Shown here: positions 52,845 through 64,000 of the stretch, piece by piece
How the letters are laid out: every line of letters begins with the position of its first letter
Position numbering within the stretch: position 1 is the first letter of the stretch
Origin: Octopus vulgaris
Taxonomy: Eukaryota
Assembly (NCBI GenBank): GCA_951406725.2
Contig: OX597827.1
Coordinates: 3,038,001 to 3,102,000 of the forward strand
Length of the DNA: 64,000 nt
Reading direction: 5' to 3'
The notes under the pieces: model-generated
The model's database searches: none
What the model saw: the letters and a program-made list of their open reading frames with translations, nothing else
What the model was told of the DNA's origin: nothing
Made by a program: the position numbers and the translations under genes

Positions 52845-53242
52845 ATTCTTTTATTCTTTTATTTGTTTCAGTCATTTGACTGCGGCCATGCTGGAGCACC
52901 ACCTTTAGTCGAGCAAATCGACCCCACAACTTATTCTTTGTAAGCCTAGTACTTATTCTATCGGTCTCTTTTGCAGAACCACTAAGTTACGGGGGCGTAA
53001 ACACACCAGCATCGGTTGTCAAGCGATGTTGTGGGGACAAACACATACACAAATATATATATATATATACATATATACGATGGGCTTCTTTCAGTTTCCG
53101 TTTACCAAATCCACTCACAAGGCTTTGATTGGCCCGAAGCTATAGTAGGAGACACTTGCCCAAGGTGCCATGCAGTGGGACTGAACCCGGAACCATGTGG
53201 CTGGTAAGCAAGCTACTTACCACACAGCCACTCCTGTGCCTA
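52845..53242 (-). mobile_element. SINE family A
   Basis: Reverse complement match. Confidence 0.88.
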
Positions 53243-53798
53243 TGTTAACATTTGTTAGATGAATATAGGAAGGGGTGCTGAAAAGTGTGTATGTGTGTTG
53301 GCCCATAGCTACAGTAGAAGATACTTGCTTGGGATGCTGCAGAGTGGGACTGAACCCAAAATGGCATGGTTGCAAAGCAAGCTTCTTAACCACACAGCCA
53401 TGTCTGCTCTTTCAGAGGAAATTGTTAATTTAAAAAGATTGATTTAACCCATTGGTATTCAAACTGGTTGAGTATAAATTACTATAAAGGTATTTTTATT
53501 GAAATTTGTCCAGATTAAGTTATCGTCGGTGCCCAGAAAATGCAAACGTATGTTGCACAGGAAATCACTTTTCAATAATAGCAGCAACAGGGTATACACA
53601 AGATACAGGAATTAGCACTTAAAGACACGACACACATACTACAGAGAGTACTTCCAATTGAATAGAAAACCGAAAAGCAAACAAAAACACAACATGTACT
53701 CATGGCATGTAGAGCTATGCTCAGCAGCGCAGTGAAAACAAGCAATAAAAGTAAGCCTACTGATTAATAATATAATAATATTAATCATGAACATAAAC

Positions 53799-53853
<55 letters not shown>

Positions 53854-54523
53854 TTAATAGCAGTGGTGTTAATAATGAAAACACTTGCCTGTTTTCATTA
53901 TTTCTATGTGAACATATCAACACATCAAATACCATTAGAATTATGAATGCTAACAGATTAATGGAATATTTCAGAAGAGCAGTTTTTGATTTGTCATTGC
54001 ACAGATATGGGAGTGAGACAAATTAAGGTATGCTACAATATACCAGATCAATAAAATAAAGACCAATAAAAGTGAATAGTCAATTTGATTAGTTATACAT
54101 GTCTCCTCAACAGTGATTGGTCATTTGCCCATTTAGAGGAATATCCTTGTATCACTACTTGAAATCTCAAATGTATATTGATTAAGGGTAATTTATACCT
54201 ACAATTTTATCTTCTTTGAGATAGTGTTTTCTACTGTATCCCTGGGTCGACCAAAAATTTGGGAGTGAATTTAGTTGATGAAGACTGTGTAGAAATCTGT
54301 TGTGTGTGTTTGTGTTTGTCCCCCTCACTGCCTCATAACCAGTATTGGTTTGCTTATGTCCACATAACATGGCAATTCTGTGAAAGGGACCAACAGAACA
54401 AATACCAGACTGTGAAATAGATAAGTACTGGGGTCAATTTGTTTGGCTAAACCCTTTAAAGATAGCCACAGTCCAATGAGTGAAATGCGTAAAAGATAAA
54501 TGGTAAAATTATATATGCATGCA

Positions 54524-54557
<34 letters not shown>

Positions 54558-55207
54558 TATATATATATATGTTTGTGTGTGCCTGCACATCTTGACATCA
54601 TGTGACAGTTGTAAACCATTCACAAGATGCTATTCGTTTGCAGTCATCATGACCTAACATATCTGGTCACGGGGAGGAAATATTACCAAACTTGGAAACA
54701 AGTAAAGATTGGTGAAAGAAAGGGGCACCCAGCAATAGAAAATCTTCTCCAATGAATTCCATCTGACACATGCAAGCATGAAAAAAGTGGATGTTAAAAC
54801 AACGACGATGACAATGTGGATGATGATGATGATGAGGAGGAGGAGGAGATGGTGGAAGAGGAGGGGACTATTATATGCTTGCTGTGGTCAGGATAATGTT
54901 ACTGTTAGGGTTGTGCAGACGTTTACGACTGAGTGGTGCAGAAGTTTACTTCAAAGCTGTTAGGTTCCAGATGAAATTTTAGGCAAGTTGTCTTTTACCT
55001 TAACTATGAGTCAACCTGAAGCTTGTGAGCAAAATTGAGAATAGATGGAAATTATGTCAGAGGGACTGTACATGCAATATAGAAGCCTGGTCTCATCTTA
55101 TGTTGGGTCATGCTGATGTGGCTTGTGAATTACGTTAAATGTATACGTTTATAGATCGCTAGCCACTACACATTCTTTATTTTCTCTCCTTGTTTCTTTC
55201 TGTGTTC

Positions 55208-55243
55208 CTTTCTGTGGAAGAGCGTAGGCTCGAAACGTTAAAG
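55208..55243 (+). ncRNA. Variant ultra-minimal hammerhead-like motif (Penelope-type, no stem III loop)
   Basis: CTTT-CTGTGGAA-GAGC-gtag-GCTC-GAAAC-GTT-AAAG. Stem I CTTT/AAAG, perfect stem II, palindromic AACGTT. The core has T where A6 is expected. Confidence 0.45.
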
Positions 55244-55555
55244 ACTTTTTCATTTCCTGAGCGTTAAACTAATACATCTGTTTGTTGTCTACACCACCTG
55301 TCTTCATCCTTTGTTTTTTTTTGTGAATTCTCCTTATATATATTTATAAAGACATATATATATATATATATAAATTGAGATAGGGGTTGTGAGTGCAACC
55401 CACCATGGGATAACATATATCCAATACACTGCCGGTAAAGCACCCAACAAAGTTAATACATAAATGTTCTATACTATATGTAGTGGGTTAATAAATTATA
55501 TGATTGGGTATTATCTGATAGTTGATTATTGATTAAGGTGTATTTCTCCATTTTC

Positions 55556-55592
<37 letters not shown>

Positions 55593-56610
55593 TATATATA
55601 TATATGTTTATATAGATATGCATCTAAGGATGTGTGTGTGTGTGTGTAGGCACATATATGTATGTAAGAATCTATGTGCCAGCTAGTATGTATGTATACA
55701 CCTTTATCATTAGCAACAATAGTTATCATTTATGAGAATCAAAATTATGTATTTCTTTAATACAGAAACCAAGGTGGTTATGTATGCAAGGGTGGCTCTG
55801 TGCGTGTATAAGTAAAGCCACATTTAACATAACATTAAAGCTGAAATGCTGCTTTTCTTGTGAGACAGTTGGCGCAATATTTCCTCTTTTTTTTTTGTGT
55901 GTGCAAAAAACCTCACATTTCATGGCTGAATGGTTGATGTTTGAAAGAGCATCCAGTCGTGTAAAATAAAATAGATTTAGCAGTTGCAACAAAGCATGGA
56001 AAAGAGTAAAAACAAAACATCTAGACCTTTCTAGCTTGGAAAAATAACATGTGTAAACAGTTATGAGTAATAACCATAAAATATTATAAAACATTCATCC
56101 TAACTCAACCTGTTTTATTATATTTATTACAGAAGCACTTAGTATGACATTTCTAGAAGAAGGATAAACTAAAGATTTAAATGTTGGGGGTAAAGACAGA
56201 ACATAGCACTCAATGTAGGTTTATTGAGTCAAAGCATGGGGAAGAAGTTTTATTCTGATTGAATATAAGGGCAATTGAAACTGTATGATTAAAAAACTCA
56301 CTCTATAACCATGAGGTTTGGGATTCAATCTTACTGTGTGACATCTTGAGCAAATGATTTTTTTCATACAGCCTCAGATTAATCTTCTGAGTGAAATTGC
56401 ATTCATAGAAACTGTACAGAAGCCCAATACAGCTTGGCACCTGTGAACTGGAGCAATGTGAAATAAAGTGTCTTGCTCAAGAACACAACACACTGCCTTG
56501 TCCTGGAATCAAACTCACTACCTCGTAACTGTGACCGGATGACCTAACCACTGAGCCATGTGCCTTCACATATATGCACATATATGTGCATGTATATATA
56601 TATATATATA

Positions 56611-56934
56611 TCATCATCATCATCATCGTTTAACGTCCGCTTTCCATGCTAGCATGGGTTGGACGGTTCGACCGGGGATCTGGGAAGCCAGAAGGCTGCA
56701 CCAGGCTCCGGTCTGATCTGGCAATGTTTCTACAGCTGGATGCCCTTCCTAACGCCAACCACTCCGTGAATGTAGCGGGTGCTTTTTACGTGCCACCTGC
56801 ACTGGTGCCAGGCAAGGCTGGCATCGGCCACGGTCGGATTGGTGCATTTTACGTGCCACCGGCACGGAAGCCAATCGAGGCGGCACTGGCTTCGGCCACG
56901 ATTCGGATGGTGCTTTTTATGTGCCACCGACACC
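56611..56934 (-). mobile_element. SINE family C (GGAAGGGCATCCAGCTGTAGAAA motif, (GAT)n tail), 5'-truncated
   Basis: Tail (CAT)nCGTTTAACGTCC on plus. Three internal ~65-bp repeats containing TTTTA(C/T)GTGCCACC. Related copies at 60841-61165(+), 60470-60620(+), 61801-61985(-), 58710-58860(-), 50150-50350(-), 26180-26375(-), 43650-43840(+) and 54590-54810(+). Confidence 0.8.
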
Positions 56935-56974
56935 GATTGATATATATATATCAATTGATATATATATATCAATC
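56935..56974. repeat. Perfect 40-bp nested palindrome
   Basis: GATTG(AT)6CAATTG(AT)6CAATC. Confidence 0.9.
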
Positions 56975-58455
56975 AGTATATAATCATCTAAGTATGTGTG
57001 TGAGTAAATGTGTGTAGACATATACATGTATGTAGAAATGTATTTATGTGCTTGAAGGGTTTAGTGAAAGAAACCAGTCCCAGTACTTATTTCTGAAACC
57101 TATTCTGTCTTCTTTCCTGAATCATTAAGTCATGGGGATGTCAATAACTCAACACCAGTTGTCAAGCAATAGTGGGGGAAAGATACAAACAGACACATGC
57201 ACATAGATGCACATAGTCAACAGAGGAGATCCAGAGATTCTCAGTATAGAAAACACTTAGTAGTGCTCAAATGACTCAAACTTAGATTCCAATGTGTTTA
57301 CAGGTGATCAATTCCACAGGGTGAAGAATGGCTATAAGAGGGATCAAGTTGAGCAGATATGGAGGCAATCATGCTGATAAACAAATTAGACATATTAAAT
57401 ATAGCAGTTTGGGTATGAAATACAAAATATGCATAAATGTATACATGCAAAACGAGAGAAAGCAAAAAGTGGAGGTTTTCAGATGATGAATATTTAAGTA
57501 TAAATAAATATATAGATATTTATATTAATAGATCACACATCTAACTTGGTTATCCGCATAATTACCTCCACATAGATATGACATACATATATATAGACAT
57601 ACTTATATACAATGGGCTTCAATACAGTTTCTGTCAAGCAAATCCACTCAAAACGGCTTTGGTGAGCCTAAGGCTATAGTAGAAGATACTTGCCCAACGT
57701 GCCATACAGTGAACTGAACCCAGAACTATGTAATTGTGAAGCAAACGTTTTGCCACATGGCTACATCTCTCAGCAAATATTTATTGACTGATCTCTGATG
57801 CCAATACCATCTTATCTTATTCTATGTTCCATTTATCCATTCTTGTCGATGGACGATGCCACATAGATTTCTTCTCATACAAATAGCATCTGATTTTCTG
57901 GATCTTCATACTAAATTAAGAAACTGGATTTTTTCTTAGCTTTTTTTTTTCTTATTAGTTTACTTCTTTAGATTCTGAACATTAAGTACAATAAGTGCAT
58001 CTATGTGTGTGAGTGCTTGTGTGTGATTGCGTGAATGCATGTGTGTTTGTATGTGTGCATATCTGTGTGAGTACGGATATGTGAATGTGCATGTGTGTGA
58101 GTCTGTCTTTTGTACAGCCATGAGTTTATGTGACTCACAAATCATCTGATTATGAGTCCCTCCCCACCCCCTTTCCGTTCATTCTACTTGTAATGTCTGC
58201 TATATTCAATAAGCTCCTTTCTTTCTTCATAACTGATTTATGTAAAGCCTTTTTAAATCTTTATCCTTATAAATCTTTATCTAAATATTTTATTGCTAAA
58301 GAAAATTATGAAGAAACTGCTTATATATATTTTTATCTCCTGTGTTTCCATATTATCAATAGCAGTTCATAAATATGTTGCTTAGCTCTGGAATGAGAAG
58401 TGTTAAATAGTTGAGAGAGAGATAAATCTTCCACTGGATGAGAAGCCAGTCTACA

Positions 58456-59465
58456 ATAGGTAATAAATATTCTTTAGAATCCTGTTCACCTAAGTGAACT
58501 GAGAAAGGGGCATAGAATATCTTGCTACCCCAAAACACAAAAGAAGATTCCTCAAGTGCATGTGATCATTTAATCTACCTAAAACATCGACATAAATAGA
58601 TAAAGCATTGGAATAACTGACATGGGAGAATTTACCACGAATACCTTCCTGCATGAAAAATGTATAGTTAAAGTGAAGTGGAGGGCTAGCATATGTGCTA
58701 AAACGTGATTGATCATCATCATCGTTGCTTTAACATCCATTTTTTTATGCTCACTTGGGTCGGATGGAATTTGTTGAGGCAGATTTTCTACAGCCAAATG
58801 CTTTACCTGTTGCCAATCCTCTCCAGTTTCCAAGTAAGGATATATTTCCCCTTGATCAAAAAAATCTAAGAAAATGTGATGAGGCAGCTTCCCACCATCC
58901 CCAAAAATGAGTTCCAGGAATGCCCCCATCAATGGAAACAAGGCTAGATAAATTATGTGGCTTTGGAAGGGGATTAAATGCCAAACTGATATGTTTTGTA
59001 GTTTTCTTTTTGTAGCACCAGTCTCAATATTTTTTGATCAAACCTCACACACACACACACACACATACATTCACAACACACAATGGGCTTCTTTCAGTTT
59101 TTCGGTTTCCATCTACCAAATCAACTCACACGTTTCTGGTTGGCCTGGAGCTATAGTAGAAGACACTTGCTCAGAACCATGTAGTTGGGGAACAAACTTC
59201 TTATTGCACAACCATTAGGTAATAAATATTCCTTAGAAACCTGCTCACTTACGTGAACTGAGAATAAAGCATAAAATATTTTGCTGCCTCAAGACACAAC
59301 CGAAAATTCCTCAAGTGATGTGATCATTTAATTTACCAATAGCATTGAATATAAATGTTAAGGCAATGGAATGAATGACAAAGAAGAATTTTCCAGGTAT
59401 GCCTTTCTGTATGAAGAATGACAGTTAATGTATATTGGGGGTGGCTAGCGTACTTGCTAAAGTAC
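58456..59465 (+). repeat. Old ~250-bp direct duplication (58456-58705 and 59216-59465)
   Basis: Both begin TAGGTAATAAATATTC and share GTGAACTGAGAA, ATTCCTCAAGTG, TGTGATCATTTAAT and GGCTAGC...TGCTAAA. Confidence 0.8.
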
Positions 59466-59599
59466 CAATCTAGATTGGAGGATTGGTAGAAACATTAAAG
59501 AAAGATGTCTTGTAGGGGTGGAATCCCTTTATGAAAATGGCAGATAAGTATTTCGCAACTTCTTGTTGAACAACCTACACAGTTGATTTGTTTATAGGA

Positions 59600-59937
59600 A
59601 GGGTTTTCAACCATTTTTTTATCTATGGACCCCTTTGATTACTATTTCATCCTGGTGGATCCCATAGCCATTTGATGTTTAAAAACTAGTTTTATATGAA
59701 CTTCTTTCAACATACCTTTATTTTCTTCTATAAATTAACCTGTGTAAGTTGAACTATGTCAAACATTGAAGAAAGAAACCTACCTGTTTCTTGCAATACA
59801 TACCAATACATGCATTGAAAGCAAATTTTTTTTCAGGGGCCCCTAATATACTATTGTGGATACCCAATTTACTGGTTTGTTACATGGACCCCACAAAATC
59901 TTATATGGACCCTCAGGGGCCGTATGGACACCGGTTT
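59600..59937 (+). mobile_element. Second copy of the same hAT-type MITE family
   Basis: GGGTTTTCAACCATTTTTTT..TATGGACCCCTTTGAT resembles 52084-52160. Repeated ATGGACCC subterminal motifs near the 3' end. Confidence 0.55.
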
Positions 59938-60798
59938 ATAGTGATCAAATGTTTGTGCTGTACAATAGCTCACTCTCTCCATCAAATTCACATTTCCTGT
60001 ACAAGTGCATGATGGTCCACATAATCATAGAAAAATCTGAAATGAAATGTTTTGCTCAAGAACACAATGAACCACCTAGTTCTGGAATCAAAACCATGAT
60101 CTTGGTGCTGTGAGTGCAATACACTAAACACTAAGCCATGTGCCCTCACAGACATTGCAGTACTGTTTTGGGGTTCTGTTTTTTTTTTTGCATTCTGACA
60201 ACAGTCCAACTGGACAACCATTTCCTTGGATAAACATTGGTGGTGCATGCATCTGTGTCTCTCTAAAAATCACAGAACTACAAGCAGTGATGTTCTTTTC
60301 ATTTTTCCTAGAAATCGTAAAACAATATCTTAATAATGTACAATAATATATTTATCTCACCAGTGTTAGTGTAGAAAAACAGTGGTAAAATTATGTGTAT
60401 ATATATATAGACACACACACACATATAGATACTACATATATATTGTGTATGTGTGTGTGCAAACTCTTTGGAGTGGTTAGCATGAGAATGGGCTTCCAGC
60501 CATAGAAGCTAAGCCAAAACAGACAATGGAACTTGGTGTGGTTCCTGGCCTTGCCAGTTCCTATCAAGCTGTCCAACCCATGCCAGCATGGAAAACGGAC
60601 ATTAAATGTTTATGATGATAATGATTATATGGTTATATATATTCTCTTTATATTGGTTGAGTTAGTCTCTTGCTACTCTGAGTTTTGCCTGTGAGTGTGC
60701 AGGGTCTTCAGGCTAATTACAATTCCTATAGTATCTGTATAGTACCAAGTACTTTTCCTTCCAATAATCAACACTTTGTGTGTATATGTGTGTGTATG

Positions 60799-60840
<42 letters not shown>

Positions 60841-61200
60841 TGTTACCAGCGTCGCCTTACTGGCACATGGAAAAACAACATTCAAGCAAGTTTGTTACTA
60901 GTGCCGCTGGACTGGCTCCTAGGCAGGTGGCATAGAAAAAACACCATTTGAGCGTAGCCAGTGCCAGTACCACCTGACTGGCCCTCGTGCTGGTGGCACA
61001 TAAAAGCACCCACTATACTCTCGGAGTGGTTGGCGTTAGGAAGGGCATCCAGCTGTAGAAACTCTACCAGATCAGATTGGAGCCTGGTGCAGCCATCTGG
61101 CTCGCCAGTCCTCAGTCAAACCATCCAACCCATGCCAGCATGGAAAGCAGACGTTAAAGGGTGATAATGATGATGATGACGATAATGATGAGATGATGAT
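60841..61200 (+). mobile_element. SINE family C
   Basis: GGTTGGCGTTAGGAAGGGCATCCAGCTGTAGAAA...CCAACCCATGCCAGCATGGAAAGCAGACGTTAAA(gat)n. Confidence 0.8.
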
Positions 61201-62537
61201 GATATATATATAAAATATGTTATAGGAAGGGAAAATCCTTTCATTTAATAAACAACAAGAGTCATTCTCAGCCTAAGAAATTTTTACATCTCAAACTACA
61301 CTGATTAACACCTCTTTTGTTTTAGCCTTTTTTCACTATTTTTCTTGTTTTAATCTCTAATCCAATTTATACTAACATGCAGACCATCGTCACTAGCCTA
61401 CCAATTCTAGTGGCTATCCTTGTTTGCTGCCAACTCTCGTCACTCTGTTGTGATTGACTCAATCTCAACAACCAGCACTGATTAAGGTTGCCTAAGTAAC
61501 AGAACTTACCTCCCACTTATATTGATCCATTAAAGCAAGCCTTCATTGTCACACATGAATTGGGTGCTCTGGTTGGCTTCTAATAGTGGTTAATCTATTT
61601 TGTACAAATGTCAGTAGCTGTTGATTATGAAACCTAGGTCAGTCCTGACTTCGCTGACTGACAATATAAAAAGTAATCTATCCGTAACCACTCTATCTTT
61701 CTAATATATCCAGGACTACACTGTCCACTGTCCTATAGGTCTCTTTGTTTTCAACATGTTACAGATGTATGTATGTATATAAATATATATATATATATAT
61801 CATCATCATCATCATTTAACATCTGTTTTCCATGCTAGCATGGGTTGGACAGCTTGACAGGAACTGGCAAGGTCAGCGGCCACACCCAGTTTCATGGTCT
61901 GTTTTGATTCAGTTTCTATGGCTGGATGCCCTTCCAAATACTAACCACTTTATACAGTGTACTGGGTGCTTTTATGTGGCACCTTATAAACACACACACG
62001 TGTGTGCGTGTGTGTGTGTGTGTGTGATGAAGGGACTGGCATTAGAAAGGGATTAGGCCAAACAGGCACTGGAACTCAGTCCTGTCCTCTGGTTCATCAG
62101 TTTTTATCAAAACATTCAACACACACCAGTATGGAAAACAGATGTGAAATGATGATAATGACAACGAGAATCATTGCACTTATCTATTCTGATATTTCTC
62201 TTTTATTTTGCAGCAAACTTTTATGAAGAACAGCATCAATATTGACAGGTTCCTTTCAAGTCAATCAGTTCATTCCATTTGCAAAGCAACAGTGACAAGG
62301 AAGTGTCTGGAATTCAATGAACAGCATTTCATTTGAAGAGCAAAATATTCCATACTGTTGTTTATAGCTTACACCAATATATATCAGCAATATGTGCCTG
62401 TGTCTATGTCAATATAAAACTAAAGTTAAATTTCTGCCTAGTTCTTCAATGAACAGCTCTGTATTCAGCCATGGGAAGATTGTAAGCAAATGACAGTTTC
62501 TATGAATGGTGACTGAGTTTCAATCAAAATGGTTCTA

Positions 62538-62950
62538 GGCACAAGCTTGGCTGTGTGATAAAGTATTTCGTCCCAACCACATAATTCTGGGTTCAATCCC
62601 ACTGCATGACACCTTGGGAAAGTGCCTTCTACTATAGTCCCAGGTTGATCAAAACCTTGTGATTGTATTTGGTAGATGGAAACTAAAAGAAACTTGTCAT
62701 ATATATATATATATATGTGTGTATGTATTTAAAATGTGTGTGTGTTTTTGTCTGTTTGTCTCCCACCCCCGTACTACCATTTGACTACCAGTGTTGGTGT
62801 ACATCCATCTCTGTAACTTAGTAGTTCAGTACAAGAGACCAATAGAATAAGTATCAGGTTTAAAAAAAAAAAACAAGTTCAGGGGTTAATTTGTTCGATT
62901 TAAATTCAAGGTGGTGTTCCATCATGAACTCAATGACACAAATAAAAGAT
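62538..62950 (+). mobile_element. SINE family A, older copy
   Basis: Colinear with the consensus, more diverged. Confidence 0.75.
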
Positions 62951-63349
62951 AATACACACACATGTATACACTCACATATGTATACAAATTTTCCCTCATA
63001 GTACATCATTCTTTATTAGAAAACAAGAGCACATTGGATAAAGTAGTATCAGTTGTAGTGTGCTGTGCCTAGAAAAATGGCAGAATGGTTACAGTTGGAA
63101 CACTTTTGATTAAATTTCTGCTGAATTAGTGCTGACCTGGTGCTAAAAAAGAGCACAAAATAGTAACATCACATATTTTGGATAACAAAACAGCAATAAC
63201 AACATTGATAGCAAACAACTTCTATTGCATTATAAGACTTACATTTATAATTCCTTGCTCTTAACATAAGCACTTTTTTCCCCGTTTGTAGATTTGCAAT
63301 GAAGAGATTAATCTATGAATCCATCAAAGATAAAACACATAAGAAATAA

Positions 63350-63817
63350 TCTATATCTCTAAAACAGTCCTTGGACGAAAATTGTATTCACATTTTGCTT
63401 TGACGGTTAATGGTGGTCAAACCGAGGCTAGGATCGAGCTGAAATTTGGTAAGGATACTAAATGCATGGTGAGGATGAGTCCCGCGATGGTTAAAATTTG
63501 CAAGCTATAAAGATGTGGTTGCTATGGCAAAAAGAGTGATTTTTTATCGATTCAAGGGGGCCTAGAGCCCCTCTAGGTTTGTGCTATTGGCTTTTAATGC
63601 AAGGCAGCATGCACTGCAGGCTGTTGTGCTTAATAAACATACATTTTGTTGCAAAATTCCAGCTACTAGGAAACAATTTTTCATTGTGAAAAATCAAGTG
63701 CTTTTTGCCCTCATTTTCTTTTTAATTTTTGATAAAATTTTCGTTTTCTTTTTTTAAATTCCTCATCTTTAAAATGTGGCCTGAGTAGACCTGAATGAAA
63801 TCGGGTTATAATACTAG
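63350..63817 (+). mobile_element. Non-autonomous Helitron
   Basis: Inserted between A (63349) and T (63818). 5' TCTATATCTCTAAAA, 3' CTAG preceded by hairpin ACCTGA-atgaaa-TCGGGT (63789-63806). Confidence 0.7.
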
Positions 63818-64000
63818 TATATATGTAAACTCAAATATTAATTCACAAATATTCACTCATGTCCATATTTGTAATTGTCTATCTTTTACTTGCTTCACTC
63901 ATTGGACTGCAGTCATGCTGGGTGGGTGGGGGGTCACTTTGAAGGGTTTTAGTTGAACAGATCAAAAATAGTACTTATTTTTTTAAAGTCTCTTTTGCTG

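Noticed and set aside
26461-53207. Recurrent ORFs such as DGLLSVSVYQIHSQGFG...EPCGW
   Set aside because: Chance translations of SINE A copies, not a gene family.

Overview
Very AT-rich, microsatellite-dense eukaryotic (animal) DNA. The SINE families look like those of octopus (coleoid cephalopod); this is my inference from recalled repeat sequences, not a search result. There is no complete protein-coding gene. Nearly all long ORFs in the track are artefacts of (TA)n, (CA)n or triplet repeats. Real coding-type signal comes from decayed retro- and DNA-transposons: an R4/Dong-like RLE LINE (about 4.2-6.1 kb), RTE fragments, a CR1-clade RT (19.0-20.3 kb), an internally deleted Tc1 and a mariner relic. 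A set of consistent minus-strand splice signals (40.6, 40.0, 11.45 and 0.09 kb) suggests the window is the 5' region and huge first introns of a minus-strand gene whose ORF may begin at position 53. Several tRNA-derived SINE families, a hAT MITE with a perfect 8-bp TSD, a mariner MITE and a non-autonomous Helitron fill the rest. The most interesting signal is three intact-looking minimal type I hammerhead ribozyme motifs (29.9, 42.1 and 50.7 kb). They share the core CTCTGA(T/A)GA...GAAAC-AGCT-GT(C/A)-AG but have unrelated, self-complementary, greatly expanded stem II arms. Several variant or degenerate hammerheads also occur in short elements embedded in (TA)n. Together these point to a family of Penelope-like/retrozyme-like non-autonomous ribozyme elements. 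Repeat coordinates were read by eye and are approximate (about 10-20 bp).
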